Source: Dehalococcoidia bacterium (lineage in GTDB: Bacteria > Chloroflexota > Dehalococcoidia > Lucifugimonadales > UBA2985). From it: a DNA stretch of 64,000 nt. This document shows, in pieces, positions 45,952 through 54,302 of the stretch. The first letter of the stretch is position 1. Each line of letters opens with the position of its first letter. The notes below the pieces were generated by a model that saw only the letters and a list, made by a program, of their open reading frames with translations, searched no databases and was not told the origin of the DNA. The DNA is taken from contig DAOUJW010000015.1 in NCBI GenBank assembly GCA_034422115.1, forward strand, positions 27,771 to 91,770, read 5' to 3'. The translations under genes were made by a program, and so were the position numbers.

Positions 45952-46323
45952 ATGAGCATGAACATCAGAAACGGAATGAAGCCGGTGCATCCCGGGGAGA
46001 TACTGGGAGAGGAGCTTGAAGAGCTTGGTATGTCTGCAAACGCGTTGGCAAAGGCCCTGGGCGTCCCCACCAACCGGATTACCGCAATTCTGAACGGCCA
46101 GAGGGGAATGACAGCCAACACGGCTCTGCGCCTGTCCCGCTACTTCGGCACCACGCCTGAGCTGTGGATGAACCTTCAGAAGACCTACGAGCTGCGCGTG
46201 GCGGAGATAGAGGCGGGCGCGGACATTGCAGAGCGGGTACGGCCCAGGATTGGCGGCCTTGCAACGGGATTCTCAATAGCCGAGCCAAAGGCAGAGTACG
46301 ACGCAAGCGGCAGCGAACTATGA
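45952..46323 (+). CDS. higA: HigA-type antitoxin (XRE HTH)
   Basis: HPGEILGEELEELGMSANALAKALGVPTNRITAILNGQRGMTANTALRLSRYFGTTPELWMNLQ. Confidence 0.88.
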   Translation: MSMNIRNGMKPVHPGEILGEELEELGMSANALAKALGVPTNRITAILNGQRGMTANTALRLSRYFGTTPELWMNLQKTYELRVAEIEAGADIAERVRPRIGGLATGFSIAEPKAEYDASGSEL

Positions 46324-46374
46324 TAGAATCTAGCCAGTTCCGATACTAGCACATCAGAAGCAGAAGGAGCGCCT

Positions 46375-47220
46375 TTGAAATTCACAAAAATGCACGGCGC
46401 AGGCAACGACTACGTAATCATAGACGCGCGCGCCATTGACGCCGACTGGCACAGCCTGGCCAGGTACATGTGCCACCGTCGCTTCGGCGTTGGCGCAGAC
46501 GGCCTGCTGCTTGTCCTGCCATCGGAGAGCGCGGACGTGCGTATGAGGATGTTCAACCCGGACGGCTCGGAGGCGGAGATGTGCGGCAACGGCATCCGCT
46601 GCCTGGTGAAGTACGTCCTGGAGCGTGGGATCGCCGGCGCAGCCAACGGCTCTCTGGACGTGGAGACCCTGGCCGGAATACGCAGGCTGGAGCCGCACTG
46701 GAGCGACAACAGGGTCACCAGCTCCCAGGTGGACATGGGAGAGCCGGAGCTGCGCCCCGAGCGGATTCCCGTGGCCCTCACCGAGGACATGGCCGGAGGA
46801 CCGGTGCTGGACTTTCCGCTGAGCATTGACGACGTGGACCTGGCATTGACCTTCGTTTCGATGGGCAACCCCCATGCCGTGGCCTTCATAGAGACGCCCG
46901 TGGAGAGGTTCCCTCTGCATAGAATCGGGCCGCAGGTGGAGACCAACAGCCTGTTTCCCAACAAGGTCAACTTCTCCATAGTGAACGTCAAGGAGGAGGG
47001 CAGGCTATCGGCGCGGGTGTGGGAGAGGGGAGCGGGGGAGACCATGGCGTGCGGCACAGGGGCCTGCGCCATAGCGGTGGCAGCCCGTCTGCAGGGCTAC
47101 ACCGGAGACCAGGTTGACATAACGTTACCGGGAGGCGTCCTCAACATTTCCTGGGACACCAGGAGCCAGGTGTACATGGAAGGCCCGGCCGAGGACGTAT
47201 TTGACGGAGAGTGGCGCTAA
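46375..47220 (+). CDS. dapF: Diaminopimelate epimerase
   Basis: KMHGAGNDYVIID, NPDGSEAEMCGNG, ACGTGACA; TTG start after GAAGGAG. Confidence 0.9.
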   Translation: MKFTKMHGAGNDYVIIDARAIDADWHSLARYMCHRRFGVGADGLLLVLPSESADVRMRMFNPDGSEAEMCGNGIRCLVKYVLERGIAGAANGSLDVETLAGIRRLEPHWSDNRVTSSQVDMGEPELRPERIPVALTEDMAGGPVLDFPLSIDDVDLALTFVSMGNPHAVAFIETPVERFPLHRIGPQVETNSLFPNKVNFSIVNVKEEGRLSARVWERGAGETMACGTGACAIAVAARLQGYTGDQVDITLPGGVLNISWDTRSQVYMEGPAEDVFDGEWR

Positions 47221-47237
47221 TAGCCAGGAGACGATGA

Positions 47238-48413
47238 ATGAAATTTGCCAATCGCATAGAGCAGCTTCCGCCGTACCTTTTTGTTGAGATAAGCCGCAAG
47301 ATAGCCCAGAGGCGAGCCGAGGGCGCGGACGTGGTCACCTTCGCCATAGGCGACCCGGACATCCCCACGCCCACACACATCCTTGACCGCCTGCACGAGG
47401 CAAGCCAGGACCCGCCCAATCATCGCTACCCTGAGTCGGAGGGCCTTCTGGAGCTGCGACAGGCCATTGCCCAGTGGTACGAGGGCAGGTTCGGCGTAAA
47501 GCTGGACCCCGTGACGGAGGTGCTTCCGCTGATTGGGGCCAAGGAGGGCATCGGGCACGCCGCTCTCTGCTTCATCGACCCAGGAGACGTGGCGCTGGTA
47601 CCCGACCCGGGCTATCCCGTCTACTCAATAGGCACGCTATTCGCCGGCGGCGAGTGCTACTGGATGCCCCTGCTGGAGGAGAACGACTGGCTGCCGGACC
47701 TGGACGCCATACCGCCCGGAGTCATCCACAACGCAAAGGCGCTGTGGGTCAACTATCCCAACAACCCGACCGGAGCTATAGCCGAGAGCGACTTCTTTGA
47801 GAAGGTGGTGGCCTTTGCCAAGGAGCACGATATGCCCGTGCTCCACGACGCCCCGTACACGGAGGTGGCCTACGACGGCTACAAGCCCATGAGCTTCCTT
47901 GAGGTGGATGGGGCTATGGACGTGGGAATCGAGTTTCACTCCCTCTCCAAGAGCTACAACATGACGGGGTGGCGCATAGGCATGGCCGTGGGCAACGCAG
48001 AAATGATAAACGCCCTGATGAGGGTGAAGTCAAACCTGGACTCCGGGATACCCCAGGCCATCCAGTACGCCGCAATAGAGGCGCTGCTTGGCCCCCAGGA
48101 CTGCATCGATGAGCACAACGTCATCTACCAGAGGCGTCGGGACAGGCTGGTGTCGACCCTGAGGCAGATCGGGCTGGAGGTGGTCGTGCCCAAGGCCAGC
48201 CTCTACGTATGGGCCAAGCTGCCGCCGGGATGGAAGTCCGCGGACTTCGCCGCCAAGCTCATCGAGGAGAAGGACATAGTTGTGACCCCGGGCGCAGGCT
48301 ACGGCAGATACGGCGAGGGGTACATACGCCTGTCCCTGACCATCGCAGACGAGCAGCTTGAGAAGGGGCTGGAGCGCCTGGCGTCATGGCGCATACCGGC
48401 TCCAACCGCATAG
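47238..48413 (+). CDS. dapL: LL-diaminopimelate aminotransferase (class I aminotransferase)
   Basis: [12 protein letters not shown]...[21 protein letters not shown]; adjacency to dapF. Confidence 0.7.
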   Translation: MKFANRIEQLPPYLFVEISRKIAQRRAEGADVVTFAIGDPDIPTPTHILDRLHEASQDPPNHRYPESEGLLELRQAIAQWYEGRFGVKLDPVTEVLPLIGAKEGIGHAALCFIDPGDVALVPDPGYPVYSIGTLFAGGECYWMPLLEENDWLPDLDAIPPGVIHNAKALWVNYPNNPTGAIAESDFFEKVVAFAKEHDMPVLHDAPYTEVAYDGYKPMSFLEVDGAMDVGIEFHSLSKSYNMTGWRIGMAVGNAEMINALMRVKSNLDSGIPQAIQYAAIEALLGPQDCIDEHNVIYQRRRDRLVSTLRQIGLEVVVPKASLYVWAKLPPGWKSADFAAKLIEEKDIVVTPGAGYGRYGEGYIRLSLTIADEQLEKGLERLASWRIPAPTA

Positions 48414-49638
48414 ACGCAAGGAGGACTCCGCCACGCCAAAGACCCCGATATCCACGAAAGTCCGGCCCGAGAGGGCCGTGGTGGTGGGAGTGGATGCCAG
48501 AAGCTCGCCCCACCTGTGGACAATAGAGGACTCCCTGGAGGAGTTGGGACTCCTCGCGAACACCGCGGGTGCGGAGGTGGTTGGCGCCGTCTCTCAACGC
48601 CTGGAGAAGCCCACTCACTCCTACGTGGGCAAGGGCAAGCTGGGGGAGGTGCAGGCGCTCAGAGAGGACCTGGAAGCCGACGTTGTGATTTTCGACGACG
48701 AGCTTACGCCGTCCCAGCAGCGCAACCTGGAGGACGCCCTCAAGGTCAAGGTAATCGACCGCACTGCGCTCATCCTGGACGTGTTTGCGCGTAGGGCGCG
48801 GACGCGGGAGGGGCGACTTCAGGTGGAGCTGGCACAGCACGAGTACATCTTGCCGCGCCTGGCAGGCCAGTGGACGCACCTGGAGCGCCTGGGCGGCGGC
48901 ATAGGCACCCGGGGCCCAGGCGAGACGCAGCTTGAGACGGACCGTCGGTTAATTCGGACCAAGATCCAAAGGCTCAAGAGGGAGCTCGACGACGTGCGGC
49001 AGCAGAGAGACCTGTACCGCAATCGTCGGAAGCGACAGGGCATTCCCGTGGTGTCCCTGGTGGGCTACACAAACGCGGGAAAGAGCACGCTCCTCAACGC
49101 CCTGAGCGACGCCGGCGTGGTGGCGGAGGACAAGCTGTTCTCGACGCTTGACCCGGTGACCAGGAGGATAAAGCTGCCGGGCGAAGGCTTCTTCCTGCTA
49201 ACGGACACCGTCGGGTTCATCCAGAAGCTGCCTCCGAGCCTCCTGGCGGCGTTCAGAGCGACCCTGGAGGAGCTGCAGGAGGCCGACGGCATTCTGCACG
49301 CCGTGGACATAACGCATCCCAACGCCGCGGAGCAGGTGCAGGTGGTGGACGACCTCCTGACGGAGCTCGACCTGGACGAGAAGCCCCGCATCTGGGCCAT
49401 GAACAAGATGGACCTGCTGATGGACGAGTCGCAGATAGAGGAGCAGATAGGCCTCCTGGAGGCCCGGAGAGGCGAGGAAAGCGTTGTGGCTGTGTCTGCG
49501 GCCAGGGGCTGGGGGCTGGACAGCCTGCTGGAAGCGGTTGATAATCTTATAAAAGGCCAGATAACCGGGCCTCATAATGCAGCGGGGTTCTGGGCGAACC
49601 ACCGCTATCAAGATCAGGAAAAGGAGAACCGGTCATGA
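48358..49638 (+). CDS. hflX: GTPase HflX
   Basis: ERAVVVGV..., [21 protein letters not shown]. The start is uncertain: ATG 48358 overlaps dapL by 56 nt, and GTG 48478 is also possible. Confidence 0.85.
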   Translation: MRRGWSAWRHGAYRLQPHRRKEDSATPKTPISTKVRPERAVVVGVDARSSPHLWTIEDSLEELGLLANTAGAEVVGAVSQRLEKPTHSYVGKGKLGEVQALREDLEADVVIFDDELTPSQQRNLEDALKVKVIDRTALILDVFARRARTREGRLQVELAQHEYILPRLAGQWTHLERLGGGIGTRGPGETQLETDRRLIRTKIQRLKRELDDVRQQRDLYRNRRKRQGIPVVSLVGYTNAGKSTLLNALSDAGVVAEDKLFSTLDPVTRRIKLPGEGFFLLTDTVGFIQKLPPSLLAAFRATLEELQEADGILHAVDITHPNAAEQVQVVDDLLTELDLDEKPRIWAMNKMDLLMDESQIEEQIGLLEARRGEESVVAVSAARGWGLDSLLEAVDNLIKGQITGPHNAAGFWANHRYQDQEKENRS

Positions 49639-49976
49639 CAATGGAAATAGAGGGTCTGCCTTCCAGGCCTTTCTTCAACTGCACCCCCGAGGGGCTGGAT
49701 ATTCTGGATTCCAGAGAGATGAGCGGCGCGGCGCGCCTGGACGCGATTGAGCCGAAGATCAGGTTTGAGCTGGGTGACAGGAACGTCATCGACTCAAGGC
49801 CGCGCAAGGCCGCCAGCTCCAAGCCCGGCCAGGTGACGGTTGAGTGCGAGGGCGGCACGGTCCACATCGACTTCGAGGACGGGCGGGCAAAGAAGGTCAC
49901 GGCCCAGGGCGAGTTCGTCTACATGGGCGGCCTTGAGGACCGGAACGAGGGCCTGGGGTACATCCCTGTGTCTTAG
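49635..49976 (+). CDS. Hypothetical protein, translationally coupled to hflX
   Basis: 113 aa; ATGA overlap with the hflX stop. The C-terminal 14 aa [14 protein letters not shown] are duplicated at 51719-51764. Confidence 0.6.
   Translation: MTMEIEGLPSRPFFNCTPEGLDILDSREMSGAARLDAIEPKIRFELGDRNVIDSRPRKAASSKPGQVTVECEGGTVHIDFEDGRAKKVTAQGEFVYMGGLEDRNEGLGYIPVS
49931..49976 (+). repeat. Left 46-bp direct repeat (att-like) of the islet
   Basis: 39/46 identical to 51719-51764 by my alignment. Confidence 0.85.
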
Positions 49977-50148
49977 CAGTAGCGGGGCAGATCATTCACT
50001 CAGTGGCCCCCGGTTCTCGTCACCCCCAAGGGAGGTCGGTTTCTCGAAAGAAGCACCAGGTAAGGGAATCGGTGCTAGTGTCAATACTTTGTGGTATATT
50101 TATGCTACAGGTACCAAAGACTATCTATGAAGGGAATCCACTAAGAGT

Positions 50149-50463
50149 ATGGAAATGCAGGAGGGACCAGAGCCTAAGAATACTCTACCAGCGGCCGAGC
50201 CTGCTGAAGATTTGCAGGAATTCTACGCCGACAACATGACAATAAACTCCGGGCTTTATACGGCCACTCTATCCTTCGGGGAATTACGGGGCAACGACCC
50301 AGGGATTCTACGTGCGCGCATTCGGGTTAGTCCTCACATGCTAAAGGCAATTAGCCTGCTTACGGCCAAGCACGTGCGGGATTTCGAGGCGAAAACTGGC
50401 GGTCCCATCCTACTCCCTAATGAATTGGTACACCAATGGGGATTGGAGGAAGAAATCAGATGA
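50149..50463 (+). CDS. DUF3467 family protein
   Basis: FYADNMTINSGLYTATLSFGEL...RARIRVSPHMLKAISLLTAKHVRDFEAKTGGPI matches my recall of the DUF3467 pattern. Confidence 0.65.
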   Translation: MEMQEGPEPKNTLPAAEPAEDLQEFYADNMTINSGLYTATLSFGELRGNDPGILRARIRVSPHMLKAISLLTAKHVRDFEAKTGGPILLPNELVHQWGLEEEIR

Positions 50464-50705
50464 TGATGGCAACAGTTACGACAACAGCAGAGAACTTCGT
50501 TGCTGTTACAGCAGCGCTAGAAGTCGAAGGTTATACTTGGCGATCAATCGCTGAGCATTCAACTGAGCCGGATGACCAGTCGTGGTTCTGGACTTCTGCA
50601 TGGCAAGAAGAAGAGGGTGAAGCTACGTTGGAAATCCAGAGAGGGCAACTCTCCAAGCCTCTTTTTGGTGTGGAAGAGATAAGGCAGCATCTCTCCGACC
50701 TATAA
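50460..50705 (+). CDS. Small acidic Trp-rich protein, putative antitoxin
   Basis: 81 aa; its ATG overlaps the DUF3467 stop (ATGA). It ends 9 nt before the RelE-like ORF. Confidence 0.45.
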   Translation: MMMATVTTTAENFVAVTAALEVEGYTWRSIAEHSTEPDDQSWFWTSAWQEEEGEATLEIQRGQLSKPLFGVEEIRQHLSDL

Positions 50706-50714
50706 TAGCTGTCC

Positions 50715-51011
50715 ATGGCTGGTGGCCAGAGTACCATTAAGGCGGTTCGATTCACCCCACGATTCGACCGCTCCTATAAGCGCAAGTCTAAGGAGCAGCG
50801 TGAGGCTGTTGACGAGGCGGTAGTGCAGTTGTATACCAATCCTTCGAATCCTTGGCTACGCGTGAAGAGAGTTCGTGGAGTCGGCAAGGGAGAGGAGATT
50901 TGGGAAGCATCCGTGGATATGTCTCGACGAATTACCTTCGAATATGGCGACGACGGCTCGACCATAATATTCCGCAATTGCAATGGACATGAAATCTTCA
51001 GGCAACCCTAA
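50715..51011 (+). CDS. RelE/ParE-superfamily toxin-like protein
   Basis: FTPRFDRSYKRKSKEQREAVDEAVVQLYTNPSNPWLRVKRVRG...IWEASVDMSRRITFEYGDDGSTIIFRNCNGHEI fits the RelE/YafQ/ParE-like layout. Confidence 0.6.
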   Translation: MAGGQSTIKAVRFTPRFDRSYKRKSKEQREAVDEAVVQLYTNPSNPWLRVKRVRGVGKGEEIWEASVDMSRRITFEYGDDGSTIIFRNCNGHEIFRQP

Positions 51012-51272
51012 CCATCCACAACCCCGGAGTCGTCCATTTCAACCCGCTGCTGCGGCCTAGGCCAGGGCAGTATCCGCCCGAATAGGCAACAATGTCCTTT
51101 GCCAAGTGTCCCTCTTTTGTTTTGTCACTAGTGCTGTCCTCTCGCTGACGGCTTATGTTCTCGGATCACAGCCACTGGAGTCACATCCTCCGCACCTTGA
51201 GCCACAGCCTTGATCTGGTAATTGCCTTCCTAGCTTTCGTCGCTAGCATAGTGTCGGGGATCCTTTGCTTTC

Positions 51273-51500
51273 TCAATAGCAAAGATAGGCGATAACCCCG
51301 TAGGGGCTACGAGCTAGGCATAATACATCTCCTAGATCACCCTCCAAACAGCTGCCTCTTGATTTTACCATCACGAGCTTGCCGTTCTCATCCAGCCTGT
51401 AGCTCAGGTGGAGCCTCTTACCGCAGTTGGTGCAGGTCAACCGGAACACACCCAGCTTCTCATTGGTGTACTCCATTAATGGGGCAGGAACCTCCGGCAA
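51273..51500 (-). CDS. Small hypothetical protein (CxxC)
   Basis: 75 aa, FRLTCTNCGKRLHLSY; TTG start 2 nt after the upstream stop, no SD. Confidence 0.35.
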   Translation of the reverse strand: MPEVPAPLMEYTNEKLGVFRLTCTNCGKRLHLSYRLDENGKLVMVKSRGSCLEGDLGDVLCLARSPYGVIAYLCY

Positions 51501-51502
51501 TC

Positions 51503-51700
51503 CTAGTAGAGCCGCTTGATCTGCTTGCTTTCAGTGTCTAGGGTGCTGAGGCCCAGGATTCCGCCAATGGCTTGAATGCGTCCATTGGTCTCGCTATCAT
51601 CTGAATCCTTCCAGAGGGCAATGACAATGTCGACCAGGTATTTGTCTTCGAGTTCAATGCTAATCTTCGTGCCGTTCGGCAGAGTTGAAGTAATCAACAT
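51503..51700 (-). CDS. Small hypothetical protein
   Basis: 65 aa, AGGAGA 6 nt upstream of the ATG, balanced composition. Confidence 0.5.
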   Translation of the reverse strand: MLITSTLPNGTKISIELEDKYLVDIVIALWKDSDDSETNGRIQAIGGILGLSTLDTESKQIKRLY

Positions 51701-51718
51701 GATTCATCTCCTGTCGGA

Positions 51719-51764
51719 CCTTGAAGACCGGAACGAGGGTCTGGGGTACATACCTGTTTCGTGA
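51719..51764 (+). repeat. Right 46-bp direct repeat (att-like) of the islet
   Basis: Encodes the same [14 protein letters not shown]-stop as the left copy, with only synonymous changes. Confidence 0.85.
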
Positions 51765-51922
51765 GGGGTAGTGCGCCAGTTATAAAACTTCGCCCTATAT
51801 TTGTTATGTCCATTTATAGGGACGGATTCACAGCCCTACTTTACATAACGTGAGCGCATAAGGTTATGTGGCTCTTCCCTTAACGGGGTATTCTCTACAG
51901 GCGTTGGCTATGGTGAACGTCA

Positions 51923-51955
51923 CCGCTCATGTTGAGCTTGTCGAAGTATGAGCGG
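51923..51955. repeat. Family A repeat, solo unit
   Basis: CCGCTCATGTTGAGCTTGTCGAAGTATGAGCGG. Confidence 0.8.
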
Positions 51956-52145
51956 AAAGACAGTGGCGTTACCAACACGTATAGAGAAAACCCTTGACGG
52001 CCGCTTATTGACTTTACCCGTAAAGAGTGCCAGACTCGTTACTTGAATTCCCGCCCCTTGTCTCCCCGGGCTCAAGTCAATGGGCCTTTCCCCATTTGCC
52101 GGGAGACATAATTGAGCGGGATGAAGTTCCAGAGACAGGACGCGC

Positions 52146-53159
52146 ATGGCAACGGAGACGCAGGCTAACGAAGAGATTATCCGCATAGAGGACCTCCACA
52201 CCTCCTTCTACACCAGAGAGGGCGAGGTCAAAGCGGTCAACGGGGTCAACCTGTCCCTCAAAGAGGACCGCATTCTGGGCGTTGTTGGAGAGAGCGGCTC
52301 CGGGAAGTCGGTTACCGCCCTTTCCATGCTGCGCCTGGTGCCCCAGCCCGGAAAGATCACCAAGGGATCGGTCTACTTCAGAGGCGTTGACCTGCTCAGG
52401 ATAAGCGACGAGCGGCTCCGGCGGATTCGCGGCAAGGACATTGCCATGATCTTCCAGGAGCCAACCTCCGCCCTCAACCCTCTGCTGAACGTGGGCACCC
52501 ACATGGAGGAGATACTCCTGGCCCACAGCAACATGTCCAAGCAGCAGGCCAGAGAGAGGTCGTTGCAGCTTCTCCGGGAGATGGACCTGCCCGCGCCGGC
52601 CCACATCCTCAGGCAGTACCCCTTCCAGCTCAGCGGCGGCCAGGCGCAGAGGGTGATGATTGCCATGGCCATGATATGGGACCCACAGGTGCTCATAGCC
52701 GACGAGATCACGTCCAACCTGGACGTCACCCTGCAGGCCGACGTGCTGGACAGGCTCAAGCGTCTCCAGGCCGAAAAGCACTCCGCCATACTCCTCATCA
52801 CCCACGACATGGGTGTCATCGCCAAGGTGGCCAACGAGGTGGCGGTCATGTACGCAGGCTCAGTCGTCGAGTACAGCGACACTGCGACCATCTTCCGGCG
52901 GCCGTATCACCCCTACACCTGGGCGCTTCTCCAGTCGATACCCCGCCTGGACGACCCCAGGCGCACCCTGCAGCCCATAACCGGCTCGTCCCCGGACCTC
53001 ATAGACCTGCCTGACCAGTGCCCCTACATGTCCAGGTGTCCCAAGGCCACCAACTTCTGCCGGCTCAACCCCAAGCCTCCGTTGGAGGAGGTGGAGCCGG
53101 GGCACTTTGTCGCCTGCTACAACAAGATAGAGTACGAAGACCAGGAAGCCCCCGCCTAG
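52146..53159 (+). CDS. Oligopeptide/dipeptide-type ABC transporter ATP-binding protein (DppD/OppD-like)
   Basis: GESGSGKSVTA, LSGGQAQRVMIAMA, LLITHDMG, C-terminal HPYTWALLQSIP extension. Confidence 0.88.
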   Translation: MATETQANEEIIRIEDLHTSFYTREGEVKAVNGVNLSLKEDRILGVVGESGSGKSVTALSMLRLVPQPGKITKGSVYFRGVDLLRISDERLRRIRGKDIAMIFQEPTSALNPLLNVGTHMEEILLAHSNMSKQQARERSLQLLREMDLPAPAHILRQYPFQLSGGQAQRVMIAMAMIWDPQVLIADEITSNLDVTLQADVLDRLKRLQAEKHSAILLITHDMGVIAKVANEVAVMYAGSVVEYSDTATIFRRPYHPYTWALLQSIPRLDDPRRTLQPITGSSPDLIDLPDQCPYMSRCPKATNFCRLNPKPPLEEVEPGHFVACYNKIEYEDQEAPA

Positions 53160-53166
53160 CCCCCGG

Positions 53167-53414
53167 ACCATTCCTGCGGAAGCAGGAATCCAGAGACATG
53201 GGGTGGCCGCCCTCCCTCCGCCCATAGCCTACGTCGTTCCGCTCATGGTGAGCCTGACGAACCACGAGCGAAGAGACAAACGCCGTCTGCCATCCGCTCA
53301 TCCTGCGACAAGCTAAGAGCCTGCCCCGCGCTTGATGCAGGAGTGAGCCGGAAAGAGGTGGTCTTACGGCCAGCCCGGGCCTCCCCCCTGGATTCCTGCC
53401 TTCGCAGGAATGGT
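53167..53414. repeat. Family B element with family A-type units nested between its arms
   Basis: Arms ACCATTCCTGCGGAAGCAGGAATCCAG (53167-53193) and CTGGATTCCTGCCTTCGCAGGAATGGT (53388-53414). Family A-like units lie at 53239-53270 and about 53292-53352. Confidence 0.8.
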
Positions 53415-53432
53415 TGGCGCGTCCGCGCCGTC

Positions 53433-53544
53433 CGTCATTCTGAACGGAGCGCAGCGGAGTGAAGAATCCAAAGCCTTTGCCCACAAAGCTGCGCCGCCTT
53501 TTTCTGAACCCCTTTGGATTCTTCGCCTTCGGCTCAGAATGACA
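53433..53544. repeat. Family C TIR repeat
   Basis: CGTCATTCTGAACGGAGCGCAGCGGAGTGAAGAATCC...GGATTCTTCGCC...GCTCAGAATGACA. Confidence 0.85.
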
Positions 53545-53569
53545 TTCAACAGAGCCGCCAGCCTGCCGT

Positions 53570-53747
53570 TGCCATATTGCCGCGCCATATCTGCCATATA
53601 TGGCAAGCCTTACTTCGCTTCCGTCTGCCTTATGGCATTTCTAAGGCAGAGCCATTTGCCATAGGCTTGACAAGGCTTTTGCCTTATGGTAGCGTTCTGG
53701 CAATGCCTTATGGCAACCGCCTGACGCCTGAGGAGAGACTTATGGCA
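53570..53747 (+). promoter_or_regulatory. Array of TGCC(W)TATGGCA operator/iteron-like motifs with an embedded promoter
   Basis: Motifs at 53570, 53592 (perfect 14-bp palindrome TGCCATATATGGCA), 53626, 53657, 53680, 53704 and 53739. TTGACA at 53667-53672, 17 nt, TAGCGT preceded by TGG. Confidence 0.5.
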
Positions 53748-54206
53748 ATTGACCTTGAGAAACTCCGGACAGAACTTGAGGAGGAGATACGCGGCCTGGA
53801 GCTTCAGAAGGCCGTCTGCGACGCCCGGCTGGAGGAGAAGCGCCATCTGCTCTCAAGGCTGAGCCAGGACACTCCCCAGGAGCCTGTGCCCGCTCCCGAG
53901 GCTCCTGCGCAGCCTGTCGCCTCCGCCGGCGCGCCCGGCGGCCGTGTCAGCATAACTGACCTCGGCAAGCACCACTACGAGGCGGCCGGCATGAGGTTCA
54001 AGAACGCCGGTCTGCTGCTGGACCACTTTGACGTGCCCCACTACTTCTCCAAGAAGCACCCCAAGCACGGAGACGCGGCGGCCCGTGAGATATTGCGCTG
54101 GTCACGGCGCAGCCCCCAGCTGGCCTCCACAGTCGCCGTTGTGCTGTCCGACGGCTCACGGATGGCCCTGGACGCGGCCGTAGACCGCATCTGGCCGGAT
54201 AGCTAG
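53742..54206 (+). CDS. Hypothetical protein (coiled-coil N-terminus, Pro/Ala linker, basic C-domain)
   Basis: 154 aa from ATG 53742; the track start 53514 runs through repeats. Confidence 0.5.
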   Translation: MAIDLEKLRTELEEEIRGLELQKAVCDARLEEKRHLLSRLSQDTPQEPVPAPEAPAQPVASAGAPGGRVSITDLGKHHYEAAGMRFKNAGLLLDHFDVPHYFSKKHPKHGDAAAREILRWSRRSPQLASTVAVVLSDGSRMALDAAVDRIWPDS

Positions 54207-54222
54207 GAGACCTCTCAAGAGT

Positions 54223-54291
54223 CGTCGTCCCTGCGAAAGCAGGGACCTCTGCGCCCCAGGCCACTAGATTCCTGCTTGCGCAGGAATGACG
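54223..54291. repeat. Family B palindromic repeat
   Basis: CGTCGTCCCTGCGAAAGCAGGGACC...CTAGATTCCTGCTTGCGCAGGAATGACG, between convergent genes. Confidence 0.9.
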
Positions 54292-54302
54292 AGAAACAGG
54301 TT

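Larger units (their letters stand above)
49977..51718. mobile_element. Low-GC inserted islet (no integrase present)
   Basis: Bounded by 46-bp direct repeats. Spot G+C is 40-48% versus about 67% in hflX. Carries five small accessory ORFs. Confidence 0.65.

Noticed and set aside
51155-51295. 46-aa ORF with a C-terminal hydrophobic helix (MFSDHSHWSHILRTLSHSLDLVIAFLAFVASIVSGILCFLNSKDRR), a possible type I toxin-like peptide
   Set aside because: No SD and no recognisable family. It overlaps the 3' end of the 75-aa minus ORF and is too short to support from sequence alone.
51576-51764. 62-aa plus-strand ORF ending in [14 protein letters not shown]
   Set aside because: Only its last 15 codons look meaningful (the displaced gene end). 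The rest overlaps, in antisense, the better-supported 65-aa minus-strand ORF and has Ser/Leu-rich nonsense composition.
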